In this document: positions 40,029 through 48,746 of the stretch, in pieces
Position numbering within the stretch: position 1 is the stretch's first letter
How the letters are laid out: each line of letters opens with the position of its first letter
Assembly: GCA_017381515.1 (NCBI GenBank)
Contig: JAFOCB010000057.1
Coordinates: 1-49,929 of the forward strand
From: Clostridia bacterium
Lineage (GTDB): Bacteria > Bacillota > Clostridia > Oscillospirales > Acutalibacteraceae
Reading direction: 5' to 3'
Length of the DNA: 49,929 nt
Made by a program: the position numbers and the translations under genes
Notes under the pieces: generated by a model
What the model was told of the DNA's origin: nothing
The model's database searches: none
Seen by the model: only the letters and a program-made list of their open reading frames with translations

Positions 40029-40262
40029 TTATATTAAATAGTTCAGTATCGAGTATAAAAGAAAGATGAAACCAATCAGCAGGGCGGTGTAAACGCAGGT
40101 TTCGACAACCGCCTTTTTCTGCTCCTTGTTGAGGGTTATTTTACCCTTGCCGTCGTTCTTTTCAGTTTCTTTAAATTCGTCTGCGTGCGCTTGTTTTACG
40201 CCGCACTTGTAGCAAAATTTTTCTCCGTCATTGAGTGACGCTCCGCAATTTTGACAAAACAT
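40029..40262 (-). CDS. Zinc-ribbon protein with a C-terminal TM anchor
   Basis: MFCQNCGASLNDGEKFCYKCG and a C-terminal hydrophobic helix. AAGGAG lies 9 nt before the ATG at 40262, so the longer ORF-track start is rejected. Confidence 0.6.
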   Translation of the reverse strand: MFCQNCGASLNDGEKFCYKCGVKQAHADEFKETEKNDGKGKITLNKEQKKAVVETCVYTALLIGFIFLLYSILNYLI

Positions 40263-40398
40263 AAAGAAATTCTCCTTATGGGTAAATTTTAAGAGATTTG
40301 CGTTTACAATAAATATATCATTTATTGTGCTGTTTTTCAATAAAAAACCAAAACATAATTAAAAAGCGCGGTCGGGGACGACTACGCTTTTTTTGCTA

Positions 40399-41073
40399 TC
40401 AATTTATTTCAAATAATGTCAACCCATTTTGTTGGTCACATAGCCCGAGGAAAATTTCCTTTTCGCTTTTATATCCCTGTTCGGCAAGTTGATTTTTGAG
40501 CCATTTTTCGTTCAGTCCCATTCGTTTCAGATTTTCGCCCATAATTCTGCCGTCCATAATCAGCTCGGTGTTTATGCCCTCATTTTGCGGAGAAATGCCC
40601 ATATCCTCGGGAATAATCGGTCGTTTTACCGCCTTCGGCAGAATGGTCAGCCGTCCGTTGTATTCAAAAATTGCCGTCTCAATATCGTTCAGGTTAAAAT
40701 ACCCTTCCTGACGGCACATAACCATAAATTCGCTTAGGTCGAGCTGCGCCTTCTTCATATTCTTGCGATAAATTTTGCCATTATTCATAATAATCGTCGG
40801 TGTGCCGTTGATGAATTTTCGTGCCTTTGGCATCTTGCTTGTAACGAGGGTAAGCCCGACCGCAATACTTCCGTACACCGCCATTGCAATTAGCGGTTGC
40901 AAGGGATTTTCCAGCTCGGTTGCAAGCTCCGCCGCGATTGAGCCGATTGTAATTCCCGTAATATAGTCAAAAAAGTCGAGCTGCGACATCTGCTTGTGTC
41001 CCATGATTTTCGCGATTGTAAAGAGTGCCGCCGCCGACAGAATTGACGTTAAAATCACATTTACTATTTCCAT
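40399..41073 (-). CDS. DUF421 (YetF-like) membrane protein
   Basis: The N-terminus ...LFTIAKIMGHKQMSQLDFFDYITGITIGSIAAELA is typical of DUF421/YetF. GAGAGGGA RBS. Confidence 0.8.
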   Translation of the reverse strand: MEIVNVILTSILSAAALFTIAKIMGHKQMSQLDFFDYITGITIGSIAAELATELENPLQPLIAMAVYGSIAVGLTLVTSKMPKARKFINGTPTIIMNNGKIYRKNMKKAQLDLSEFMVMCRQEGYFNLNDIETAIFEYNGRLTILPKAVKRPIIPEDMGISPQNEGINTELIMDGRIMGENLKRMGLNEKWLKNQLAEQGYKSEKEIFLGLCDQQNGLTLFEIN

Positions 41074-41120
41074 ATTTGTCCCTCTCGGTTTACCTTTTTA
41101 TTAAGTGTACCCGAAAAGGT

Positions 41121-41297
41121 TTATTTTATTTGCTTACATTCCTTTTCGCACAATGCCCTTTGCGAAACGATGGTAACGAGCGTGTCACCCAGTTGTACGA
41201 GTACCGATGCCAAAAGGGTAAGCTCCTCGTTGGTCAGTTTGCAGGAAATGGCGTTTGCAATTGCCGTAACCGACGCCGTAATTTCACAAGCGTTCAT
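41121..41297 (-). CDS. Unannotated 58-aa small protein: MNACEITASVTAIANAISCKLTNEELTLLASVLVQLGDTLVTIVSQRALCEKECKQIK
   Basis: GGGGTGA RBS 4 nt before the ATG at 41297, and stop TAA at 41123-41121. The helical, Cys-containing sequence with an LGDTL.TI..QR motif resembles a small clostridial protein family, possibly DUF6774; that name is from memory. It is 2 codons below the ORF-track cut-off. Confidence 0.55.
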   Translation of the reverse strand: MNACEITASVTAIANAISCKLTNEELTLLASVLVQLGDTLVTIVSQRALCEKECKQIK

Positions 41298-41343
41298 TTT
41301 ATCACCCCACGACCATTATATTCGGTGGGTGACAAGTGCGCTT

Positions 41344-41874
41344 TTACTGTATTCCGTAGATGGCGGTTATGGGGTCCTCAAAAAGCGGTATTTTCGGTGG
41401 AAAGAAGGTGAAAACAATAAATACGGCGGCTATTATTATCAATATAAACTTCGCTAAATTCGGCTGAATAAAGCTACAACGACCGCTTTCCATAATCCGC
41501 GTTTCGACCATATACGAAATGGCGGCGGTGATAAAAAATATGATGATATTAAACCAATCGGCATTGACCCCGAATATGCCCGTGTATGTGTAGTAAATCA
41601 CAGGAATAAGCCCCACACCAACCAAAATGCCTACGAGTTTAGCGCACCAAAAGTTATCATATTCCTCACCGATATATTTCGCCTCGATAAACGCAAAAAG
41701 CAGCATCGGGAAAAAGAGCAATTTCATGTGTTCAAAGATTGATTCATTGACGGCGGAAAAAAGACCGACTATTACGCTTTCTCCCGTCCATTCATACAGG
41801 AAATGAAGCAGCGTCCCGACCACCGACGTAAATACAAAACCGACAAATTGCCAAAAGGATAATGACCTTTTCAT
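41344..41874 (-). CDS. Polytopic membrane protein of unknown function. Possibly DUF6512-like (from memory).
   Basis: LLHFLYEWTGESVIVGLFSAVNESIFEHMKLLFFP and about 5 TM helices. Confidence 0.6.
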   Translation of the reverse strand: MKRSLSFWQFVGFVFTSVVGTLLHFLYEWTGESVIVGLFSAVNESIFEHMKLLFFPMLLFAFIEAKYIGEEYDNFWCAKLVGILVGVGLIPVIYYTYTGIFGVNADWFNIIIFFITAAISYMVETRIMESGRCSFIQPNLAKFILIIIAAVFIVFTFFPPKIPLFEDPITAIYGIQ

Positions 41875-41933
41875 AAAAAACTCCCCGAAATCTCTTTTTT
41901 AATTAAAATATATTCGCCGCCAAGCAGATTATG

Positions 41934-41976
41934 AAAAAAACGAAAATGGGCGTACACCTTGCCCTAATGTACGCCC
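41934..41976 (-). terminator. Terminator after spoVAD
   Basis: On the minus strand, GGGCGTACA...TGTACGCCC (a 9-bp stem) is followed by AUUUUCGUUUUUUU. Confidence 0.7.
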
Positions 41977-41982
41977 GAATTT

Positions 41983-43002
41983 TTATCCCTTTATGTGAAC
42001 GAGATGGCAAATACCCGGTATGCTCTCGCCCTGCTGTGACGAAGTGGTTGACATCAGCGCACCCGTAGCGCAGAAAAGAATGTTTTTCATTTCACCGCTT
42101 TTCATCTTGTTCAGAAAATAGCCGCAGAGCATACTTGCCGCGCAGCCGCAACCCGAGCCGCCCGAGTGGACGTCCTGCTTTTCGCGGTCAAAAATCATCA
42201 TACCGCAATCCTTATGAACCTCCGAAATGTCCACTCTATCACTTTTCATTAACTCATATAAAAGTGACGAGCCGACGCATCCGAGGTCGCCTGTGATGAT
42301 TGCATCATAGTCGCTCGGAGATGTCTTTGATTCGCGTAAATAATGCGAAATGGTGTCCGCGGCGGCAGGTGCCATGGCGGCTCCCATATTGTTGGCATCC
42401 TTTTGACCGTAATCGACGATTTTTCCGAGCATAATGTCTGGAATGTGGATGCTTTCATCTTGCCGCACCTTTCTCTCCTTTGAAAGTATAACTGCACCCG
42501 AGCCGCACACCGTCCATTGTGCCGACGGAGTACGCTGACCGCCGTAATCGACGGGTGTGCGAAACTGACGCTCGGCGGTACAGAAATGGGAGGAGGTGAC
42601 GGCGGCAGCTGTGTTTGCGGCACCGCTCATTACGGCAACCGACGCCATTGCAAGTGACAGAGCCATTGTTGAGCAGGCGCCAAAAAGTCCCACAAACGGA
42701 ATACCGAAATCACGCAGACCAAAGGTTGAGCTCATGCTCTGATTAAGCAGGTCACCCGCGTATAGAATATCAATATCATTCGGCGCAAATCCACCCTTTT
42801 TGAGGGCGGTGTGGAGGGCTCTGCGCTGAAGTGAACTTTCTTCATTTTCCCACGATCCGTCGGGAGAAGGGGAGGTGTCAACGCAGTCGAAGTATGCGGC
42901 AAATGGCCCTTCACCCTCCTTTTTACCGACTGCGGCGGCAAAGGAAATGACCTGCGGCGGATTTTCAAATCGGATAATTTTATTTTTATTTACGGCGTTC
43001 AT
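41983..43002 (-). CDS. spoVAD: Stage V sporulation protein AD (thiolase-fold SpoVAD)
   Basis: FENPPQVISFAAAVGKKEGEGP, and the length (about 339 aa) is typical. MNAVNK (ATG at 43002) is the preferred start because GAAGGA lies 8 nt upstream. Confidence 0.85.
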   Translation of the reverse strand: MNAVNKNKIIRFENPPQVISFAAAVGKKEGEGPFAAYFDCVDTSPSPDGSWENEESSLQRRALHTALKKGGFAPNDIDILYAGDLLNQSMSSTFGLRDFGIPFVGLFGACSTMALSLAMASVAVMSGAANTAAAVTSSHFCTAERQFRTPVDYGGQRTPSAQWTVCGSGAVILSKERKVRQDESIHIPDIMLGKIVDYGQKDANNMGAAMAPAAADTISHYLRESKTSPSDYDAIITGDLGCVGSSLLYELMKSDRVDISEVHKDCGMMIFDREKQDVHSGGSGCGCAASMLCGYFLNKMKSGEMKNILFCATGALMSTTSSQQGESIPGICHLVHIKG

Positions 43003-43029
43003 AGCTTTCATCCTTCGATTTTTTTGTTA

Positions 43030-43059
43030 TATTATCCGCAAAAATCGGTTGCAATATTC
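43030..43059 (-). promoter_or_regulatory. Possible forespore (sigma-G/F-like) promoter of spoVAD
   Basis: On the minus strand, GAATA (43059-43055), an 18-nt spacer, then GATAATA (43036-43030). Compare the sigma-G consensus GHATR-N18-CATNNTA as I recall it. Confidence 0.3.
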
Positions 43060-43109
43060 TTTCTTATAAACAAAAGTAAAAATTAGCGTGAAAAAATGAA
43101 AAAATGCTA

Positions 43110-43138
43110 TTGACTATGAGGGGTAATTGTATTATAAT
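43110..43138 (+). promoter_or_regulatory. Promoter of the yerC-his operon
   Basis: TTGACT (43110-43115), a 17-nt spacer, then TATAAT (43133-43138). Upstream phased A-tracts TGAAAAAATGAAAAAATG (43089-43106) look like an UP element. Confidence 0.55.
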
Positions 43139-43144
43139 TCATTA

Positions 43145-43160
43145 CATTAGCGCATTAGCG
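43145..43160 (+). repeat. Perfect tandem direct repeat CATTAGCG-CATTAGCG at the predicted transcription start. A third ATTAGCG lies at 43082-43088.
   Basis: Read directly from the sequence: 43145-43152 and 43153-43160 are identical octamers, starting 7 nt downstream of the -10. Confidence 0.6.
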
Positions 43161-43185
43161 GAGTAAAGTATTTTTGGAGGACATT

Positions 43186-43470
43186 ATGAGTAATTGGCAT
43201 AATAACAGCACCGACGAACTGTGCGAAGCATTATTATCACTTGAAACAAAGGACGAAATCTATGCCTTTTTAGAGGACGTATGCACCATTAAGGAGGCAC
43301 TTGATATTTCACAGCGTCTGTCGGTGGCAAAGATGCTTGACGAAGGCATCAGCTATGCGAAAATCACCGCAAGCACAGGAGCCAGTACCGCTACAATCAG
43401 CCGCGTAAGCAAATGCCTCGAATACGGCACAGGCGGATACAAGATAGTTATCGAAAGAGGAAAAAAGTAA
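43186..43470 (+). CDS. yerC: TrpR-like YerC/YecD family DNA-binding protein
   Basis: ELCEALLSLETKDEIYAFLEDVCTIKEALDISQRLSVAKML..GISYAKITASTGASTATISRVSKCL.YG. GGAGG RBS before the ATG at 43186. Confidence 0.8.
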   Translation: MSNWHNNSTDELCEALLSLETKDEIYAFLEDVCTIKEALDISQRLSVAKMLDEGISYAKITASTGASTATISRVSKCLEYGTGGYKIVIERGKK

Positions 43471-43471
43471 T

Positions 43472-44563
43472 ATGAATAACATTTTACGTAGCGAAGAAAA
43501 GGCGATTTTTGCCCTTCGTACACTTTATCAGCAGTATGGTTATATGCCCTTTAAAATGAGCAAATTTGAGGAATACGAGTTTTATATTCAGAACAAGGAT
43601 TTTCTCGTCAGTGACCGTATTATTTCCTTTAACGATACCAATGGAAAGCTCCTCGCATTAAAGCCGGACGTCACCCTCTCGATTATCAAAAACGGCGAGG
43701 ATAAGCCGGGCGAAAAGCAAAAGGTTTGCTATAACGAGAATGTATATCGTGTTTCGGACAATACTCATCAGTTCAAGGAAATTATGCAGACGGGCATCGA
43801 ATGTATCGGCGAAATCGACCTTTACGACCTGTACGAAATGGTTATGCTCGCGTCAAAGAGTCTTTCGCTCATTTCGGATAATTTCGTTATCGAAATCTCG
43901 CATCTGGGACTCATTTCCACCCTGCTCGAGAATGCTTGTCGGAATAGTAATTTTAAGCAGGAAGCGCTGGGCTACATAGCTGAAAAGAATTCACATGATT
44001 TAATAAACACCTTTGATAAATACGAAATTGCCGCTGAAAAGAGAGATGGTATTTTGAAGCTCATCTCGGTCTATGGCGAGAGAAAATCGGTAATAGCTGA
44101 AATTGAGCCCAGCTTAAAGGGGGTAGCCGACGAATTTTTAGCCGAGTTAAAGGCATTGTCAGATATGCTCGATGCCCTGCCGTTTAGTGAAAAAATTCTG
44201 TTCGACTTTTCGACCGTCAATGACACAAATTACTATAACGGAATTGTTTTCCGCGGCTTTATTTCGGGCATTTCCCAGAGTGTTTTGACGGGCGGTCAGT
44301 ACGACAACCTGCTCAAAAAGATGAAAAGGTCGTCGGGAGCGGTCGGCTTTGCGATTTATCTCGACCTGCTTGACGAGATGCCTACCGACCGAGCCGAATA
44401 CGACGTTGACGTGGTAATAATTTATGACCAAAACACCGATAAACGCTACCTTGCCGAAATGGTGGAAAAGACGGTAGGCGAGAATAAAACAGTATCGGTG
44501 CAGTGCGGCGACAGCGCAAATATTCGCTGCAAGCAGATAATTGATTTGAGAAAGGAAGGATAA
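43472..44563 (+). CDS. hisZ: ATP phosphoribosyltransferase regulatory subunit HisZ
   Basis: A HisRS-like paralog (LRTLYQQYGYMPFKMSKFEEYEFY, ALKPDVTLSI) immediately upstream of a short-form hisG. Confidence 0.85.
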   Translation: MNNILRSEEKAIFALRTLYQQYGYMPFKMSKFEEYEFYIQNKDFLVSDRIISFNDTNGKLLALKPDVTLSIIKNGEDKPGEKQKVCYNENVYRVSDNTHQFKEIMQTGIECIGEIDLYDLYEMVMLASKSLSLISDNFVIEISHLGLISTLLENACRNSNFKQEALGYIAEKNSHDLINTFDKYEIAAEKRDGILKLISVYGERKSVIAEIEPSLKGVADEFLAELKALSDMLDALPFSEKILFDFSTVNDTNYYNGIVFRGFISGISQSVLTGGQYDNLLKKMKRSSGAVGFAIYLDLLDEMPTDRAEYDVDVVIIYDQNTDKRYLAEMVEKTVGENKTVSVQCGDSANIRCKQIIDLRKEG

Positions 44564-44567
44564 AAGA

Positions 44568-45197
44568 ATGCTTAACGTTGCCTTGCCAAAGGGACGCCTC
44601 GGCGAAAAGGTTTATGCCATGTTTGAGGCGGCTGGTTTTGAATGTCCTTCCATAAAGGAAAATAATCGAAAACTTATATTTGAAAATGAGGAAAAGCAGG
44701 TTTGCTATTTCTGGGTAAAGCCGTCGGACGTTGCCATTTACGTTGAGCGCGGAGCTGCCGACATCGGCGTCGCGGGAAAGGATATTCTGCTCGAATACAA
44801 TCCCGATATTTACGAGCTTCTCGACCTCAATTTAGGAAAGTGCAGAATGGCGGTAGCGGCACCCGACGATTTTTATGACGACGGAAACAAAAGATTGAAG
44901 GTCGCGACCAAATTTACCAATATTGCCGCCAATTACTATTCTTCGATTGGACGCGAAATTGATATAATCAAGCTCAATGGTTCAATCGAAATTGCCCCGA
45001 TTTTAAAGCTGTCGGACGTTATCGTTGATATTGTCGAAACGGGAACAACGCTTAAAGAAAACAATCTGTCGGTAAAGAGTACCATTGTTCCCATCAGCGC
45101 TCGTCTTATAGCCAATAAATCGAGCTTCAAATTTAAAGGAACCCAAATTGAAAAAATCGTTCAGTCGATAAGAGAACAGGTGAAAGCAAATGATTAA
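44568..45197 (+). CDS. hisG: ATP phosphoribosyltransferase, short form
   Basis: ALPKGRL, DVAIYVERGAADIGVAGKD and DIVETGTTLKEN motifs. Confidence 0.92.
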   Translation: MLNVALPKGRLGEKVYAMFEAAGFECPSIKENNRKLIFENEEKQVCYFWVKPSDVAIYVERGAADIGVAGKDILLEYNPDIYELLDLNLGKCRMAVAAPDDFYDDGNKRLKVATKFTNIAANYYSSIGREIDIIKLNGSIEIAPILKLSDVIVDIVETGTTLKENNLSVKSTIVPISARLIANKSSFKFKGTQIEKIVQSIREQVKAND

Positions 45198-46467
45198 GAT
45201 TTACAATTACGGCGAGGTTTCGAACGATGAAATTTTTGCCCGTGATAATATCGACGCAGGAGTTGCCGATGTCGTAACCGAAATAATTGACAACGTAATA
45301 AATAATGGAGATAAGGCACTTTTCGAATATTCGAAAAGATTTGACCGAGCCGATTTGACCGCTCTCGAGGTCACTGCTGACGAAATTGACGAGGCAATTG
45401 CCTCGGTTTCGCCCGAATTTATCGAAATTATTCGCGAAGCGGCGTCAAACATCCGTGCTTTTCACGAAAAGCAGGTCAAAAATAGCTTCATCCTCAACGA
45501 AAAGGACGGCGTCGTAACCGGACAAAAGATTATCCCGATTGAAAAGGTTGGCTTGTACGTTCCCGGTGGCACGGCGGCATATCCGTCCACCGTTTTGATG
45601 GATAGCATCCCCGCCAAAATTGCCGGCTGTAACGAAATTGTTATGGTCACACCACCGAGCAGTGACGGAAAGGTAAATCCCGTTATTTTGGCGGCGGCAA
45701 AGATTGCAGGAGTTGACCGCATTTTTAAGGTTGGCGGAGCCCAAGCGGTAGCAGCCCTTGCTTATGGTACCGAAAGTGTGCCAAAGGTTGATAAAATCGT
45801 AGGACCGGGTAACGCTTATGTTGCCGAGGCAAAAAAGCAGGTATTCGGCAAGGTTTCGATTGATATGATTGCAGGACCGAGCGAAATTCTGGTTGTAGCC
45901 GACTCTACAAGTAACCCGAAATTCGTAGCCGCCGATTTGCTTTCTCAGGCCGAGCACGACAGAATGGCGAGTGCCGTTCTGGTCACCGATAGCGAGGAAT
46001 TGGCAAAAAAGGTTAGCGACGAATTAGAGCGGCAGATTCCGCTTTTACCGCGAAAGGAAATTGCCAGAGCGTCGATTGACAATAACGGCAAAATTATCGT
46101 CGCAAAGGATAATCTCTCACTTGCGATTGATATTGCCAACGAAATTGCACCCGAGCATCTCGAGCTTTGCGTCGATAATCCCTTCGACTATCTCGATAAG
46201 ATTAAGCACGCAGGTTCGGTATTCATGGGCAAATACTGCCCCGAAGCGCTCGGTGATTATTTCGCAGGACCGAATCACACCCTGCCTACAAGTGGTACAG
46301 CCAGATTCTCGTCACCCCTTTCGGTTGACGATTATGTAAAGAAAACACAGTTTATTTATTATTCAAAGGATGCGCTTTCAGGTGTTGCCGATAAGGTGGC
46401 ATATTTCGCCGAAAAAGAGGGACTTTCCGCCCATGCAAAGAGCGCAACAATACGTTTTGAGGACTGA
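45190..46467 (+). CDS. hisD: Histidinol dehydrogenase
   Basis: VGLYVPGGTAAYPSTVLM, AGPSEILV, SQAEHD and EHLEL motifs. Overlaps hisG by 8 nt. Confidence 0.95.
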   Translation: MIKIYNYGEVSNDEIFARDNIDAGVADVVTEIIDNVINNGDKALFEYSKRFDRADLTALEVTADEIDEAIASVSPEFIEIIREAASNIRAFHEKQVKNSFILNEKDGVVTGQKIIPIEKVGLYVPGGTAAYPSTVLMDSIPAKIAGCNEIVMVTPPSSDGKVNPVILAAAKIAGVDRIFKVGGAQAVAALAYGTESVPKVDKIVGPGNAYVAEAKKQVFGKVSIDMIAGPSEILVVADSTSNPKFVAADLLSQAEHDRMASAVLVTDSEELAKKVSDELERQIPLLPRKEIARASIDNNGKIIVAKDNLSLAIDIANEIAPEHLELCVDNPFDYLDKIKHAGSVFMGKYCPEALGDYFAGPNHTLPTSGTARFSSPLSVDDYVKKTQFIYYSKDALSGVADKVAYFAEKEGLSAHAKSATIRFED

Positions 46468-46470
46468 AAA

Positions 46471-47535
46471 ATGAGTAAATTTTTTAGTAAAAAATATTCG
46501 GCACTCACCCCATACACACCGGGTGAGCAGCCAAAGGATATGCAGTACATAAAGCTTAATACCAACGAATCACCCTTTCCGCCGTCAGCATCGGTAACGA
46601 CTGCGGTTAGTGAAGAAAGTAGCCGCTTGCAACTGTATTCCGACCCCGAAAATTTACGGCTGAGAAAAAAAATTGCCGAGCTGTATTCGGTGTCGCCCGA
46701 CGAGGTTATCGTGACCAATGGCTCGGACGAGGTGCTGAATTTCGCCTTTATGGCATTTTCGGACGAGGAAAGACCGCTTATTTTCCCCGACATAACCTAC
46801 GGATTTTATCCCGTTTTTGCCGAGCTGAATGGCATTCCTTACACCGAAATTCCGATAAAGGACGACTTTTCGATTGACGTAAACGACTATATGGCGAATG
46901 ACCGCACCGTCGTAATTGCCAATCCGAATGCACCGACGGGACTTTGCCTTTCGCTCGACGAAATTGAAAAAATCGTAGCCGCAAATCCCGACAACGTGGT
47001 CATAATCGACGAAGCGTACATTGATTTTGGCGGCGAAAGTGCAGTTGCCCTTATCGGCAAGTATGACAACCTGCTTGTCACCCAGACCTTTTCAAAATCG
47101 AGGTCAATGGCAGGGGCAAGACTGGGCTTCGGCATCGGAAACAAAAAGTTGATTGCCGACCTCAATACCATCAAATACTCGACGAATCCGTATAACGTAA
47201 ACCGCATGACCGAGGTGGCAGGTGTTGCCGCCCTTTGCGACAACGGATATTATATGGATAATTGTAAAAAGATTATCGATACGCGTGAATGGACGGCAAA
47301 TGAGCTTCAAAAACTCGGCTTCACAGCCCTGCCGTCAAAGGCAAATTTCATTTTCGCCAAATGTGAAAAAATCGACGGAGAAAAGCTTTATTTAGAACTT
47401 AAATCACGCGGAATCCTCGTCAGACATTTCAAAAAGGCGAAAATCAGCGACTTTGTCCGAATCACCATCGGCACCGAGGAGCAGATGACGACGCTTATTG
47501 CGACCATAAATCAAATTTTAGAGGAGTGCTGCTGA
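46471..47535 (+). CDS. hisC: Histidinol-phosphate aminotransferase
   Basis: LNTNESPFPP, the TFSKSRSMAGARLG PLP-lysine motif, and operon context. Confidence 0.9.
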   Translation: MSKFFSKKYSALTPYTPGEQPKDMQYIKLNTNESPFPPSASVTTAVSEESSRLQLYSDPENLRLRKKIAELYSVSPDEVIVTNGSDEVLNFAFMAFSDEERPLIFPDITYGFYPVFAELNGIPYTEIPIKDDFSIDVNDYMANDRTVVIANPNAPTGLCLSLDEIEKIVAANPDNVVIIDEAYIDFGGESAVALIGKYDNLLVTQTFSKSRSMAGARLGFGIGNKKLIADLNTIKYSTNPYNVNRMTEVAGVAALCDNGYYMDNCKKIIDTREWTANELQKLGFTALPSKANFIFAKCEKIDGEKLYLELKSRGILVRHFKKAKISDFVRITIGTEEQMTTLIATINQILEECC

Positions 47536-48123
47536 ATGAGAAGCGCAGTTATAGAAAGAAAAACAGCCGAAACCGATATTAAATTAACCCTCAACATTGA
47601 CGGAGAGGGTAATTCAGTATGCGATACGGGTTGTGGCTTTTTGGACCACATGCTTACCCTTTTTGCCCGTCACGGTCACTTTGACCTGAATGTCAGCTGC
47701 AAGGGTGACGTCGAGGTTGACTATCACCATACCACCGAGGACATCGGCATTTCTCTCGGTCTCGCCTTTAAGGAAGCACTCGGGGATAAAAAGGGAATTT
47801 TGCGCTACGGCGACACCACTTTGCCGATGGACGAAGCGCTCATTCTCACCGCCGTTGACATTTCGGGACGCGGTGGTTGCTACTACGAGGTCGAAATGCC
47901 GACCGAAAAGGTTGGTGACTTTGACACCGAACTTTGCAAGGAGTTTTTCGACGCCTTTGCGTACAATTCGGGCATCACAACCCACATGGTGAAATTCGCG
48001 GGACTCAATTCCCACCATATTATCGAGGGCTGTTTCAAGTCGATTGCCCACACGCTTCGAGAGGCGGTCACAATCGACCCCGCTTTTGCAAACCAAATTC
48101 CGTCAACAAAGGGTGTACTTTAA
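47536..48123 (+). CDS. hisB: Imidazoleglycerol-phosphate dehydratase
   Basis: RKTAETDI, GFLDHML and HHTTEDIGI motifs. Confidence 0.95.
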   Translation: MRSAVIERKTAETDIKLTLNIDGEGNSVCDTGCGFLDHMLTLFARHGHFDLNVSCKGDVEVDYHHTTEDIGISLGLAFKEALGDKKGILRYGDTTLPMDEALILTAVDISGRGGCYYEVEMPTEKVGDFDTELCKEFFDAFAYNSGITTHMVKFAGLNSHHIIEGCFKSIAHTLREAVTIDPAFANQIPSTKGVL

Positions 48124-48127
48124 TAAA

Positions 48128-48739
48128 ATGATTGCAATTATAGATTACGGAGTCGGCAACCTTTTTTCGCTGACCTCGTCTTTTAAAAAGATTGGCGTTG
48201 ACGTGGTAGCCACCGCTGATAAAGAAGTAATAAAATCCGCCGACAAGCTCATTTTACCCGGCGTAGGCGCTTTTGCCGACGCGATAAAAAAGCTGCGTGA
48301 TAGCGGACTTGATAAGGTTATCATCGACGAGGCGAAAAATGGAAAGAAGATAATGGGAATTTGCCTCGGAATGCAGCTTTTGTTCGAAAAAAGCTACGAA
48401 TACGGTGAACACGATGGACTCGCCCTTCTCAAAGGAAAGGTAGTTCCGATGGAAAATAGAATCCCCGCTAATCTCAAAATTCCGCATATCGGCTGGAATG
48501 CGCTTGAATTCAAGCGTGATAGCGAGATTTTTAGCCACATAAACGACGGAGATTTCGTCTATTTCGTTCATTCCTTTTACGCCGACGAATGCGACGACAG
48601 CGTGATTGCCACCTCCGAATACGGAGCGGAAATTACCGCCGCAGTTCAGAAGGAAAACGTTTACGGCTGCCAGTTTCATCCTGAAAAAAGCGGTAGCGTA
48701 GGACTGAATATTTTAAAAGCTTTTTGTGAAACGGAGTAA
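48128..48739 (+). CDS. hisH: Imidazole glycerol phosphate synthase, glutaminase subunit
   Basis: MIAIIDYGVGNL, LPGVGAF, GICLGMQLL and CQFHPEKS motifs. ATG at 48128 is preferred over the ORF-track start at 48044. Confidence 0.93.
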   Translation: MIAIIDYGVGNLFSLTSSFKKIGVDVVATADKEVIKSADKLILPGVGAFADAIKKLRDSGLDKVIIDEAKNGKKIMGICLGMQLLFEKSYEYGEHDGLALLKGKVVPMENRIPANLKIPHIGWNALEFKRDSEIFSHINDGDFVYFVHSFYADECDDSVIATSEYGAEITAAVQKENVYGCQFHPEKSGSVGLNILKAFCETE

Positions 48740-48746
48740 ATTTTAG

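Noticed and set aside
41025-41457. Plus-strand ORFs of 128 and 95 aa across the DUF421 / small-protein / membrane-protein junction.
   Set aside because: They are antisense to three well-supported minus-strand genes, including the SD-preceded 58-aa ORF. Their translations are Cys/Arg-rich nonsense.
43012-43185. Looked for a T-box riboswitch or a His-codon leader peptide upstream of the his operon.
   Set aside because: The leader from the -10 to the yerC ATG is only about 47 nt. It has no specifier-loop or T-box (UGGNACC-type) sequence, no run of CAT/CAC codons, and no terminator/antiterminator pair.
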